Source: Nitrospirota bacterium
GTDB lineage: Bacteria; Nitrospirota; UBA9217
Reading direction: 5' to 3'
Length of the DNA stretch: 64,000 bases
Assembly (NCBI GenBank): GCA_963749655.1
Contig: CAVVOB010000016.1
Coordinates: forward strand, 106,177-170,176
Positions 40,922-51,620 of this stretch are shown piece after piece. Position 1 is the stretch's first letter. Each line of letters opens with the position of its first letter. Made by a program: the position numbers and the translations under genes. The notes under the pieces are model-generated. The model did not search any database, was not told the DNA's origin, and saw only the letters and a program-made list of their open reading frames with translations.

Positions 40922-41983
40922 ATGATCCCCACAATGGAGTGGAAGAACGGCATCGTACGTATGCTGGACCAGACGAAACTGCCCCTTGAGACGGTATACA
41001 ACGACTGCAAGGACTACCAGACGGTGGCACGGGGGATCAAGGAATTGTGGGTCCGCGGCGCTCCGGCCATCGGCGTGGCTGCGGCCATGGGTCTGGCGCT
41101 CGGCGCGCGGCAGATAACGGCAGCGACCTTTGACGAGTTCTGGCCCCGGTTCGAGGAGATCTGCAGCCACATGGCCTCCACGCGGCCGACGGCGGTCAAT
41201 CTCTTCTGGGCCATCGACCGGGTCAAGCAGTTCGTGCAGGCCAACAAGGACAAGGGCCTCGACCAGATACGGCAGCTGCTCGTGGACGAGTCGCAGCGCA
41301 TGCTCGAAGAGGACATCGCCACGAACAAAAAAATGGGGGCTTACGGAGCCGCGTTCGTGGCCTCGGAGGACAACATCATCACCCATTGCAACGCCGGTTC
41401 GATCGCGACCGCCGGCTACGGGACCGCGGAAGGCGTGATGCGAGCCGCGGTGGAGGCGGGGAAGAAGATCCACGTGTTCGTCGACGAGACCCGCCCCGTG
41501 CTCCAGGGCGCGCGCCTCACGGCATGGGAGCTCATGCAGGAGAAGATCCCCTGCACGCTGATCACCGACAACATGGCGGGCTACTTCATGTTCCATGACA
41601 TGGTCGACCTGGCCATCGTGGGCGCCGACCGCATTGCCCGGAACGGCGATGTGGCCAACAAGATCGGGACCTACGGCCTCGCGGTCCTCTGCAAGGAGCA
41701 CGGAATTCCCTTCTACGTGGCGGCGCCGCTCTCGACGATCGACTTCAGCATTGAGTCGGGCGCCGATATCCCCATCGAGGAACGCGACCCGCGCGAAGTT
41801 ACCCATGTGTTCGGCAAGGTCCAGATCGCGCCGGATGGCGTCAAGGTGGCCAATCCCGCATTCGATGTGACGCCCGCCCGGTACGTCACCGCCATCATCA
41901 CGGAAAAGGGAGCGTTCCATCCGAAGGACATCCACAAGCTTGCCGACGGCAAGACCGATCCGGAAAAAATCAGAATACAATAG
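40922..41983 (+). CDS. mtnA: S-methyl-5-thioribose-1-phosphate isomerase
   Basis: [60 protein letters not shown]. Confidence 0.95.
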   Translation: MIPTMEWKNGIVRMLDQTKLPLETVYNDCKDYQTVARGIKELWVRGAPAIGVAAAMGLALGARQITAATFDEFWPRFEEICSHMASTRPTAVNLFWAIDRVKQFVQANKDKGLDQIRQLLVDESQRMLEEDIATNKKMGAYGAAFVASEDNIITHCNAGSIATAGYGTAEGVMRAAVEAGKKIHVFVDETRPVLQGARLTAWELMQEKIPCTLITDNMAGYFMFHDMVDLAIVGADRIARNGDVANKIGTYGLAVLCKEHGIPFYVAAPLSTIDFSIESGADIPIEERDPREVTHVFGKVQIAPDGVKVANPAFDVTPARYVTAIITEKGAFHPKDIHKLADGKTDPEKIRIQ

Positions 41984-42079
41984 CACCGCCATCGCATCCG
42001 CGCGATCCGATCATCTCCCTGCAGTCGCCTCGAGCCGTGCGTTTCGTGCGCCATACTCTCGTCGCAAGCGGAGGGCTGA

Positions 42080-43174
42080 ATGAAACAGACCGTTCTCCAC
42101 CCGTTTCATGAGCAGATGAAAGCAAAGATGACGGATTACCAGGGGTGGCAGATCCCGCTCCAGTTTTCCGATGTCACGGAGGAGCACCATGCCGTGCGAA
42201 GCGCCGCCGGCCTGTTCGATATAAGCTACCTGGGCAGGATAGAAGTTTCCGGCGCCTCAGCCTCTCCCCTCCTCCAGAAGATCGTCACCCGAAACGTCAC
42301 GAAAATCCCCGAGGGCTCGGCGCACTACGGCCTGATCTGCAATGATTCCGGCTTCATTCTTGACGACGTCTTCATGTACCGGCTCGAAGCCGCGGGGCCG
42401 TCGGCTGCCCGCTTCGTGCTCTCCACCAATCCCGGCAATACCGAGAAGATCCTGCGCTGGCTGAACCAGCACGCCATCGAAGGCGCCGCGGTTTCGGACA
42501 GATCGGCCGCAACGATCCAGCTGTCGCTCCAGGGACCCCGTTCCTCCCGCGTTCTGGAGACGCTCGCCGGACAACATTTCAAGAAGCTCAAACCGAGAAC
42601 GGTCCGGACCATGACCCTCGCCGGCGCCGAAGTCCTTGTCTCCCGGAGCGGATTCACAGGAGAGCACGGCTACGAACTCATGGCGCCGAAAGAGTCCGCC
42701 GGAGCGCTCTGGGAGGCAATCCTCGCAACAGGACGAGAGATAGGCATCCTTCCCTGCGGCTTCGCCTGCAGGGACGTTCTGCGCATCGAAATGGGATATC
42801 CTCTGTACGGAAACGACCTCGATGAGACCCGCACGCCGATCGAGGCCGGGCTCGGCTCTTTCGTTGATTTCAAAAAGGACTTCATCGGCAAGGAAGCGCT
42901 GCTCAAGCTGAAAAAAGAAGGGACCCTGCAGAAGCTGGCGGGTTTCGTGCTCGTCGACAAGGGCGTCCCGAAAAGCGGGGGCAGCATCTTCTCGGAGAAC
43001 AGAGAAATCGGCATGGTCACGAGCGGCGCCCATTCGCCCTTCGTCCGCAAGGGCATCGGTCTGGGGTACGTGGTGAGCCGCTATGCCCAGGCGGGCCAGG
43101 AGATCGAGATCGAAGTCCGCGACCGCGAGATCGCCGCAAAGATCGTGGACCTGCCGTTTTATAAAAAAAAGTAA
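42080..43174 (+). CDS. gcvT: Glycine cleavage T-protein (aminomethyltransferase)
   Basis: EEHHAVRSAAGLFDISYLG, LQGP, SRSGFTGEHGYE, RDVLRIEMGYPLYG, VTSG, LPFY. Confidence 0.88.
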   Translation: MKQTVLHPFHEQMKAKMTDYQGWQIPLQFSDVTEEHHAVRSAAGLFDISYLGRIEVSGASASPLLQKIVTRNVTKIPEGSAHYGLICNDSGFILDDVFMYRLEAAGPSAARFVLSTNPGNTEKILRWLNQHAIEGAAVSDRSAATIQLSLQGPRSSRVLETLAGQHFKKLKPRTVRTMTLAGAEVLVSRSGFTGEHGYELMAPKESAGALWEAILATGREIGILPCGFACRDVLRIEMGYPLYGNDLDETRTPIEAGLGSFVDFKKDFIGKEALLKLKKEGTLQKLAGFVLVDKGVPKSGGSIFSENREIGMVTSGAHSPFVRKGIGLGYVVSRYAQAGQEIEIEVRDREIAAKIVDLPFYKKK

Positions 43175-43362
43175 CGCCGTCGAGAACGGAAAGGAGCCGA
43201 ACCTTCAATCGCCTGATTCACGTTACGATTTCGGCAACTAACAATAGTTTCTCAACAGACAGGCATACCGGGTATAATATATGGTATGCTTTTTTTATTC
43301 TTTCATGGAAAATGAGTATCCCAGGATAGGCGTTCATGCACCTCATCCGAGTGGAGCAAAAA

Positions 43363-44208
43363 ATGACCTCCGTCAATAAAATCCCCTGCTGCACGTATGC
43401 ATTTGCAATCATTTTTTTCTTGTTTACCGCAGGAATCGACGGAGCAGACGCGGCTGACCGCCCCGGCAACACGCTCCGCATCACCGGATCCAGCACCCTG
43501 TGCCCTTTGATCGCGGAGGTGGGGAAGCGTTTTCAGACACTTCACCACGATGTTCGAATCGACGTACAATGCGGCGGGTCAGAACGCGGAGTTCATGATG
43601 TGAAGGCGGGAACCGCCGACATCGGCATGGTCTCCCGTGCTCTCTCCAAAACGGAAAAGGATCTCTACGACTTCCCGATGGCCCGCGACGGTATCAGCAT
43701 TATAGTCTCCCGATACAACGCAGTAAAATCTCTGTCCAATGACGAGGTTGTCGCGATTTTCAGCAGGAAAATCACGAGTTGGAAGGCGGTTGGAGGGTCG
43801 GGTGATCCGATCGCGGTCGTTCTCAGGGAAAAACAAAAAAGCAGCAGCGAGCTCTTTACGGAATACTTCAAGATGGAATTCTCCGACATGAAGGGGAAGA
43901 TCATTCACGGCGATAATCCTGTGATGATCGAGGCTGTCGCCTCGGACCGCAATTCCATCGGCTACGTGTCTTCTGGCCATGCCGCGCGGGTGGCGACGGC
44001 GGGGACTGCGATAAAGATTCTTCCCGTCAACAACGTGATGCCCACAAACAGGAATATCATCACCGGCAACTATCCGATTTCGCGCCCACTCTCGCTCGTC
44101 ACGAAGGACCTTCCTTCCGGCACTGCAAAGGCATTTATCGATTTCGCGCTTTCATCGAGTGTCGTGGATCTTATCGTCGCCTACGATTATGTCCCCTATG
44201 AGGATTAA
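43363..44208 (+). CDS. PstS-like periplasmic binding protein (stand-alone)
   Basis: Signal peptide, ITGSSTL, GGSERG, ADIGMVSR, SIGYVS, YPISRPL; no permease adjacent. Confidence 0.82.
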   Translation: MTSVNKIPCCTYAFAIIFFLFTAGIDGADAADRPGNTLRITGSSTLCPLIAEVGKRFQTLHHDVRIDVQCGGSERGVHDVKAGTADIGMVSRALSKTEKDLYDFPMARDGISIIVSRYNAVKSLSNDEVVAIFSRKITSWKAVGGSGDPIAVVLREKQKSSSELFTEYFKMEFSDMKGKIIHGDNPVMIEAVASDRNSIGYVSSGHAARVATAGTAIKILPVNNVMPTNRNIITGNYPISRPLSLVTKDLPSGTAKAFIDFALSSSVVDLIVAYDYVPYED

Positions 44209-46666
44209 CGATGGGCAGCCTTCAATGAAAATCCCTGACCGCATAGCGACCTGGTTCGACACCGCTAACAGCAAACTCATACTGCTCGGCGGGTTTGCCA
44301 TCGTCATTTTCCTGGGCCTTCTGCCGGCGATGTATTCGCAATGGGCTGAGAATCGCTCTGCGGGTTTCGTCAACCGCTTCATCGATGTGGACCACAAGAT
44401 CGCGGACCTCAGCCTGACGAGCATCACCAGAATGATCAAAGTGCGGCGCAATGAAAAGGATTTTCTGCTGACCTACCGGGACTTCGGTTTCGATGAAGCA
44501 AAGGCTCGATATATAACGACGCTGCTCGGCATCATCTCCGAGATCAAGCAGAACATGAAAACGGTCCGGGAATTGACCACTGACCCGGAAATCGTCGGAA
44601 GGACGAAGGAGATTGACCGCTCCCTGGACCGGTATCAGACCGACGTCATGTCATACGTCGACTTGTACGGCGTACGAGGAACGCAAAATTCCGGCCTGGA
44701 ATACAGACTCACAGTCCTCAGCAGGGGCATCGAAGGCCTTTTGTCTGTTGAGAACAACGAGCGCCTCATGATCGACTTTCTGTCCTTGCGAATGAACGAG
44801 AGAAACTTCATGCTCAACGACCTCGACATTCATTTCGCCAACGCACAAAAAGCCTGGGGACGATTCAGGACCGATATCCGCACCAGCACCATGACGGAGG
44901 CACGCAAACAGGATGTCCTCGATCAGACACAGGAGTACATGCTGCTGTTCAGACGATATGTGCAGATAACGGAGCAGCTTCGAACCATCAAGACGGCGTA
45001 TTTGGCGTCGCTCCGGAATGTGGAACCGACGCTCGAAGAGCTGTACCAAATGACCGTGGATAAGACATACAAGGCGCGCGATACGATTAAAAGGAACTCA
45101 CACCAGGTAAAACTGACCATGATCGTCTCCTTTGTCCTGTCGCTGCTCTTCTCGGCGATCGTCATAGCATTCATCGCCTGGAAAATCAGGAATACCGAGG
45201 AACAGATGAAGATATCCGAAGCACGATATCGCACCCTGTTCGAAACATCTCCCGACGCCATTGCAATCATGGACAGAGACCGTAAAATTCTTATCGGCAA
45301 TCAACAGTTATCGACCCTTCTGCGATATGAAAGTTCAGCAGAGGTGTCGGGCAAGGACATGTGCGACATTATCGCTCCGGAAGACGCCTCGATCGCCGAA
45401 ACAATGCTCAAGCCCGCTTCAGGGACGGGAGCCGTTCCGGGAGTGGAATTCAGCATGCTGCGAAAGGACCGCAGCCGCGTTGTTGTGGAAGGAGCCGCCA
45501 CCAGGATTTCTGATACGACCGGCGGCCCGGAATCCCTTATCATCGCCGTCCGGGATATTTCCGTACGCTTACAGGCGGAAGAACATATCCGCTTCCTCGC
45601 CGCGATCATTCAAAATCTCCCGGCCGGCGTATGCGGAATCGATGCGTCGGGCCGCTTGATATTCTGGAACGAGGGCGCCGAACGCATGCTGGGTTACCAG
45701 GCAGGTGAAATCATCGGCAAGCCGGTTGCGGACATCATCCCGCAGGAGCGGGCCAACCGGGAGCAGGACCATTGCATAAGCATCCTGAACGCAGACGGGT
45801 TCCTCTCGGGTTATGAGACCGTACGGCTCTCGAAGAGCGGCAAAATAGTCCCGGTCGAACTGACTGCCGTCGCAATCAGGAACCGGGAGCAGAAAATCGA
45901 GAGCTACGCGTCAATCATGGTGGACATTACTGACCGTAAGAAGGCGGAAGGAGAGCGGCTGAAGATCCACATGCTCGAGTCCGTAGGCCTCCTCGCAGGG
46001 GGGATAGCCCACGATTTCAACAATCTGCTCACCGTCATCGTCGGCAATATCCAGGTGGCGCAATGCTCTTTGAAACCGGATGCGACGGAGTACGAGCCGC
46101 TCTCCGAAGCGGAGCATGTGTGCATGCTGGCCAGCGAATTGACCAAGCGATTGATTACCTTCGCCACCGGCGGAGCGCCGATCATGCTTCCGATGCCGAT
46201 AACAGGAATGCTGACCGAAACTATCGGGGCTTTGCTCAAGGGCTCGAATGTCACCCCCTTGTTCGATATGCCCGGAGATCTCTTTACCGTTGCGATAGAT
46301 GAAGGGCAGATGAAACAGGTCTTCAGAAATCTGGTGATCAACGCGATCGAGGCGATGCCGCAGGGAGGGCCGCTTGACGTCCGGGGAGAGAATTTGCTCG
46401 TTACCGCAGGAGATAACCTGCCGATACAGGAAGGAAAATATCTGAAGATATCAATTCATGACAGCGGGATAGGGATCCCCGCGGAAAACCTGGCCAAGGT
46501 TTTCGACCCCTATTATTCGACAAAACACACCTACAGCCAAAAAGGTCTCGGGCTCGGGCTCGCGGTCTGCTACTCGGTGATCAAACGGCATAACGGTCTC
46601 ATCACCGTCGAATCCGAACCCGGGGAAGGCACGACCTTTCATATCTTTCTTCCTGCTGTTGCATGA
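44198..46666 (+). CDS. Membrane sensor histidine kinase with helical periplasmic domain and two PAS domains
   Basis: TM-periplasmic-TM, two PAS, GGIAHDFNNLL, NLVINAIEAM, DSGIGI, FDPYYSTK, GLGLGL; no receiver domain; ATG overlaps the end of the upstream gene. Confidence 0.9.
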   Translation: MRINDGQPSMKIPDRIATWFDTANSKLILLGGFAIVIFLGLLPAMYSQWAENRSAGFVNRFIDVDHKIADLSLTSITRMIKVRRNEKDFLLTYRDFGFDEAKARYITTLLGIISEIKQNMKTVRELTTDPEIVGRTKEIDRSLDRYQTDVMSYVDLYGVRGTQNSGLEYRLTVLSRGIEGLLSVENNERLMIDFLSLRMNERNFMLNDLDIHFANAQKAWGRFRTDIRTSTMTEARKQDVLDQTQEYMLLFRRYVQITEQLRTIKTAYLASLRNVEPTLEELYQMTVDKTYKARDTIKRNSHQVKLTMIVSFVLSLLFSAIVIAFIAWKIRNTEEQMKISEARYRTLFETSPDAIAIMDRDRKILIGNQQLSTLLRYESSAEVSGKDMCDIIAPEDASIAETMLKPASGTGAVPGVEFSMLRKDRSRVVVEGAATRISDTTGGPESLIIAVRDISVRLQAEEHIRFLAAIIQNLPAGVCGIDASGRLIFWNEGAERMLGYQAGEIIGKPVADIIPQERANREQDHCISILNADGFLSGYETVRLSKSGKIVPVELTAVAIRNREQKIESYASIMVDITDRKKAEGERLKIHMLESVGLLAGGIAHDFNNLLTVIVGNIQVAQCSLKPDATEYEPLSEAEHVCMLASELTKRLITFATGGAPIMLPMPITGMLTETIGALLKGSNVTPLFDMPGDLFTVAIDEGQMKQVFRNLVINAIEAMPQGGPLDVRGENLLVTAGDNLPIQEGKYLKISIHDSGIGIPAENLAKVFDPYYSTKHTYSQKGLGLGLAVCYSVIKRHNGLITVESEPGEGTTFHIFLPAVA

Positions 46667-46713
46667 TCCCGACGGGTCTGCCGCTCTGCCGGAACATGAA
46701 GAGATGCACACCT

Positions 46714-46956
46714 TCATCCCCCGGCAATAGGAGGAAAGATTCCTACCCGGTCCTGATCCGAGATGGTAAAATCCTTCTTTTCGACGACCCCGTTCACCAC
46801 GGTAATGAGCGGCCGGTCCCCGAGCTGCAGGAACTCATGGAGCCCTTTGACCGATATACCGTCCGGAGCTTCGACGTAAAACTCGTTTTTCCCGCAGCAG
46901 GGCAGGTCCTTGTTATTGCAGGTCAGCCCCGCAAACAGCCTCACTTCCAGCTTCAC
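46714..46956 (-). CDS. MoaD/ThiS family sulfur-carrier protein
   Basis: VRLFAGL...VVNG...DQDRVGIFPPIAGG with C-terminal Gly-Gly. Confidence 0.88.
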   Translation of the reverse strand: MKLEVRLFAGLTCNNKDLPCCGKNEFYVEAPDGISVKGLHEFLQLGDRPLITVVNGVVEKKDFTISDQDRVGIFPPIAGG

Positions 46957-47073
46957 AACCGGCCCTCCGTGTTCTTTTGCTGAGGATAAACCCCAGGTAG
47001 GCGCACAAAAAATCTAAATCGACGACCGATCGTCATTCCTGCTTGTCCGGAATCGAATCTTATTATCATACCG

Positions 47074-47195
47074 TAGTGGAGCCCCCTCCGGCATCCCGAC
47101 CTGTCGGGACTAAAATTGACGCGACCTCCCGCCTGCACCCGGCGTTTACGAGTGCGGATGCACGGAGTGCCAGGTGGAATTACGAACTCGCGCAT
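47074..47195. repeat. 122-bp dispersed structured repeat, copy 1
   Basis: Near-identical to 61750-61871 in the same orientation. Confidence 0.9.
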
Positions 47196-47304
47196 CCTGT
47201 GCCGAAGCAGGCTTACGCTCAAGCAGGAAGGACGATTTTACGAATTCCTCAGCCTTCTTGAGGCATTATAGTCCTAACCCGGACAAGCCGGAAACAACCT
47301 TTGA

Positions 47305-47394
47305 ACCGCGAAGGCGCGAAGGACGCGAGGAAACTTAAAGACTTTGTATTGTTGGTTGTATTTGACGTCCTCGCGCTCCTTGCGCCTTCGCGGT
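47305..47394. repeat. Inverted repeat element ACCGCGAAGGCGCGAAGG...CCTTGCGCCTTCGCGGT
   Basis: Complementary GC-rich arms around an AT-rich spacer; degenerate relatives at 14626-14700 and 19284-19494. Confidence 0.75.
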
Positions 47395-47475
47395 AAGAAT
47401 ATTCTTGCCGCTTTGAGAAGAATTTCACTCGAAACTGAATACTAGCATGGAACCGGGAATGGATCGAACCTTCAC

Positions 47476-47510
47476 AAAGAAAAAGGGAGAGATGTCGCCA
47501 TCTCTCCCCG
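47476..47510 (-). terminator. Rho-independent terminator after the AOR gene
   Basis: Minus strand GGGAGAGATG-GCGA-CATCTCTCCC-TTTTCTTT, about 20 bp after the stop. Confidence 0.8.
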
Positions 47511-47530
47511 TTCATTGAAGGACAGCCGTT

Positions 47531-49268
47531 CTACCAGTTGAAAACCTTGTCCAGGTCCTCGTCCTTCACCTGGAAAGTGACGTTATGCGGCGCGATGGGC
47601 TCCGTGGTGAAGTACCGCGGCAGACGGTCCTGCTGCGCTGTAAACCCGGCGCGGGCATTGAAGTCCCGCTCTGACTTTAGTATCTTTTTCCCTAATTCCG
47701 TAACACTGTCGCCGTTCAGATTGAGACCATAGGTGGCGTTCACCAGGTCCAGCAGCGCCTGGAACGTTTCGGGCTGGTCCAGGATCGCAAAGGCGATGAA
47801 GAGGCACATGCCGAGCGAATCGATGGACGCCGTGGCGATCTGGAGGTTTCGCGAAAGCTCGATCTGTCCCTCGGGCTTGAGCGCGTTCACATCGCCGCCG
47901 ACCTTGAGCACGTTCTGGGCCACGGCATAACCGGCGGTATGGTCCGCGCCCATCGGGCTCGTGGCATAGGTCACGCCCACGCCCTGGACCGCCCGCGGAT
48001 CATAGGCGGGCATGGCCTGTCCCTTCACCACGGGCGCATGCTCCACGCCGAAGACCTTGGCCGTGACTGCCGCGCCGCTTCCCAGGATGCGGCCGAGGGT
48101 CGTCCCCTTGCCCACTTCCTTCACGAGTTTGATGGCGGCCTTGGCGTCGCCGAATTTCGCCAGCCCCGCCTCCATGGCCACGCCGATCGCTGCGCCCATC
48201 TCGATGGTATCGACGCCGAAGTTGTCGTCCATAAAATCGAGCATGGCGATCACATCGAGTTCGTCGATGCCGCAGTTGCCGCCGTGGGCCCATACCGTCT
48301 CGTATTCCGGCTGCTTGGTCAGGTAGTGGCCGTCCTTGTCGTGGTAGACGCCCGAGCACTGGATCACGCAGCCGCGGTGACAGCCATGGGTGGCCAGGCC
48401 GCCGCGCTTGGTCTCCAGGGCAGCCATGGTCTCTCCGCTGATCTTCTTGGCGCCGTCAAACCGTCCCTGCTTGAAATTGTAGGTGGGATAGCCGCCGACC
48501 TCGTTCAGGATGTTCGTCAGGATGTTCGTGCCGAAGGCGGGAAGGCCCTGGCCCGTCACCGGGTGCTTCCGCAACCCTTCGACGAATTTCTTGTTCGCTT
48601 CGCGGAATTTCTCGGGGTCCTTGGGCTGGCGCGGTCCTCATGCCCGTGTCGTCGAGCACGATGACCTTGATGTTCTTGGAGCCCATCACCGCGCCGACAC
48701 CGCCCCGTCCTGCGTGGCGCGTGGGCCTCAGTTCCATGTCCGTGCAGGCTATCGATGCGGCGCTCATCTTCATCTCGCCCGCAGGGCCGATGGAGATGCA
48801 GGCGATCTTGTCGCCGTACTGCTTTTTCATTTTCTTGATCAGGTCGTAATTCGGCAGCATCCGGAGCTTGTTGTCAGCCGTGATCTTGACGCCGTCCTTG
48901 GTGATAACGACCTTGTAGAGCTTGTTGTCTTTCGGCTCGCCTTCGAGCACGATGGCCGCATACCCCAACCGGGCAAGAACCTGGGAAGGCTGCCCCCCGG
49001 CATTCGCCTCTTTGATGCCGCCGGTGAGAGGACTCTTGCATCCCACGGAGATCCTGCTGGACATGGCAGCGCCTGTTCCGCTCAGGAGGCCCGGCGCGAT
49101 AACAAGCTTGTTTTCCCCACCCAGGGGATGGCAGAGGGGCGGCACTTCCTTGGACACAATAGCAGAGGTCAGCCCCCTCCCGCCGATGCCGGCGTACGCG
49201 CCGAGCGGCGTTTCCGTTACTTTAGGACCACCTTGAGCACCCACATCGATTCTCAATATCTTGTCCAT
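47531..49268 (-). CDS. aor: Aldehyde ferredoxin oxidoreductase (tungsten/molybdopterin AOR family; frameshift near 48630)
   Basis: KSPLTGGIKEANAGG, IGPAGE, HAGRGGVGAVMGSK, GCHRGCVIQC, PEYET, AYDPR, PMGADHTAG. Confidence 0.92.
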
Positions 49269-49354
49269 GGTACCTCCCCTCAAATTAAAATTTGACATCT
49301 GAGATCGGCGATGATTTTATATCATAGCCACGATGATTTTAACGCATAGTAATA

Positions 49355-49383
49355 ATGATAGCCACAGGAGTGATGATTGTCAA
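49355..49383 (-). promoter_or_regulatory. Sigma70-type promoter of aor
   Basis: Minus strand TTGACA-17 bp-TATCAT, followed by AAAATCATCG direct repeats. Confidence 0.7.
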
Positions 49384-49613
49384 TGGAAGGTTTTCGAACG
49401 ATACGCAGCTGCAGCCTTTTTTGGGCAGAGACCAGCGGGTAATATTATATAATCCTCGTCGGCCTGGAACCGGTTACTCCAAATGAACGGAAAACCTCTG
49501 ACCCTTTGACAGGATAACAGGATTTACAGGATGAAGGCTGGAGTAATTCTTCTGATCTTATCCTGGTATCCTGTCGATAATGTCTTCCGGTTTTATCAGG
49601 TGTTGTTGTCTTT

Positions 49614-50951
49614 TTATCGAAGACAATGAAACACGCTCATGCACCACAGGCAGGCGCCGCAGGGTTCGGTGTTCACATAGCAGTCCTGCACGAACTCTTC
49701 GCCCTGGACATAATCACAGAGGGCGAAACTGCAGTTGAAACAGAAGGGATAATCGTAGCCGGTGACGTTCTTTCGGAAGGTCTGGAAGTCCGGACTGTTC
49801 CAGATATCAAGGATCCCCTGCTTCTTCAGGCTGCCGAAGACCCGGGGCTTTACGAGTTTCCGGAAGCCGTCGATGTGGCACGGGTAGCGATGCCACAGGA
49901 AATAGCAGGGATGCACATTCCCGTCCCAGGATACGAAAGCCCCGCCCTCTTCTACGAACTCGCAGGTCCGTTTGCTTTTCGGCATTGCCTCGGGCAGCCT
50001 GATATCCATGCCCAGTGCCGTTGCAACAGCCCTGGACTCCTCGATAATTGCCGCAACCTCCTGCGACCGCACATCGCCGCGCTTCAGAAGGCTGTCAAGG
50101 TGGAGGAACACGCCCTGCGAAACGGCGTCCGCTTTCATCGCTTCCACGGTGTCGAAGACCTTCTGCTCTTCCGCTGTTTTCCCGTATTTGAGGTAAACCG
50201 AGGGATAGCGATAGATATCAACACCCTCTTGGGCGGCCTTATCCTTCCAGCGCCGAAAGAGCGAAACAGCGACATCCGTATTGGCGTCAAAAAGCGTCTG
50301 TCCCACCATGGCCTCTTGATAGGGAAGCAGGTGGGTCACAATGGCAAAAATGACGCCGTGGCGGGCGGCCCACCGGAGGACCTCGGGAAGGCTGAGATAA
50401 TTGTCGCGCATCATCACGAACTCGATGCCTATTTGGAGCCGTGAGCCGGGGGTCTTCTTCTTTGCATGCTGAAGCGCAGAAAAAGCTCGTTCCATACGAC
50501 CAAGTTCTCCCCCACTCCGGAGCGTACGGTAAACCCGCGGATCAACTGCATCAACGGATATGCATATCTTGTCGATACCCGCCTTGACGAGCGACAGGGC
50601 GCGCGCTTCAGTAATCAGAAGTCCGTTGGTCTGAAAACCAACCCAGCCTGTGGCCGGCATGGTCTCTTTTGCTGTTGCGATAAAATGTTCAATCCCGGGA
50701 TGGAGAAGCGGCTCACCGATGCCGTTCAGGATGAGCGCATCGAGGTGCTGGAGCGCAGGCACGATCTGATCGAACAATCCGGCTGTAAAAAGGCCTTCCG
50801 GTTCGTTTCTGCCCCAGGTCTGCTTCACGCACATGGGACAGGCGAGGTTGCACCGCGTCGTGGTTTCCACGTACAGCTTGGACGGATAGGGAAGCATCGC
50901 CGCGGCAACCCGGGCCGGTTGAGTAAAAGGCAATTGATCTGATATATTCAT
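49614..50951 (-). CDS. Radical SAM/SPASM putative metalloenzyme maturase
   Basis: ETTTRCNLACPMC, GIGEPLLHP, FQTNG, SPASM WDGNVHPCYFLWH and Cys-rich tail CFNC...C...C...CGACLWC. Confidence 0.85.
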   Translation of the reverse strand: MNISDQLPFTQPARVAAAMLPYPSKLYVETTTRCNLACPMCVKQTWGRNEPEGLFTAGLFDQIVPALQHLDALILNGIGEPLLHPGIEHFIATAKETMPATGWVGFQTNGLLITEARALSLVKAGIDKICISVDAVDPRVYRTLRSGGELGRMERAFSALQHAKKKTPGSRLQIGIEFVMMRDNYLSLPEVLRWAARHGVIFAIVTHLLPYQEAMVGQTLFDANTDVAVSLFRRWKDKAAQEGVDIYRYPSVYLKYGKTAEEQKVFDTVEAMKADAVSQGVFLHLDSLLKRGDVRSQEVAAIIEESRAVATALGMDIRLPEAMPKSKRTCEFVEEGGAFVSWDGNVHPCYFLWHRYPCHIDGFRKLVKPRVFGSLKKQGILDIWNSPDFQTFRKNVTGYDYPFCFNCSFALCDYVQGEEFVQDCYVNTEPCGACLWCMSVFHCLR

Positions 50952-51218
50952 AAGCCTCACAAAGAGAAATTGAGACACCAGGGCTGGCATCAATCCCTGC
51001 CTGCATCGCGGGGTCGGAGCGGATCTTCCAGCAGGGTTCTACGCGCTTTCAGCCGAAGACTTCACTTCCAGCATTATCGCGCGGGGAAGAAGCAGAGTCA
51101 AGACCGTGCTCTCACTGCAATCTACAAAAAACCGGACAGTGCCTGATTCTGCCTGATATAATTACTCATGTCGCCAATCGGTCATAATCAGCCGTAAGCC
51201 ATCAAGGAGGACAATACC

Positions 51219-51620
51219 ATGGGCATGATGAAGGAGTTCAAGGCATTTGCAATGCGGGGCAACGTCGTAGACATGGCAGTGGGCATTGTTATCGGGGCAG
51301 CGTTCGGCAAGATAGTATCTTCTCTTGTTGCGGACGTGATCATGCCGCCGATCGGCATGCTGCTCGGCAAGATTAACTTCTCCGAGCTTGCCGTGACCTT
51401 GAAGGAGCCGGCCGGGGGCGCCGCCGCGGTGACCATGAACTACGGCAGGTTCATTCAGACCCTCGTGGATTTCGTCATCATCGCCTTCGCGATCTTCATG
51501 GTCGTAAAAATAATGAACTCGATAAAAAAGAAAGAAGAAGCGGCGCCACCCCAACCGCCTGCACCATCGAGAGAGGAGCTGCTTCTTACGGAAATAAGAG
51601 ATGTCCTGAAGCAGAAATAG
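51219..51620 (+). CDS. mscL: Large-conductance mechanosensitive channel
   Basis: [32 protein letters not shown]...[10 protein letters not shown]. Confidence 0.96.
   Translation: MGMMKEFKAFAMRGNVVDMAVGIVIGAAFGKIVSSLVADVIMPPIGMLLGKINFSELAVTLKEPAGGAAAVTMNYGRFIQTLVDFVIIAFAIFMVVKIMNSIKKKEEAAPPQPPAPSREELLLTEIRDVLKQK

Noticed and set aside
41984-42079. Glycine riboswitch upstream of gcvT
   Set aside because: The gap is only 96 bp and lacks the aptamer motifs.
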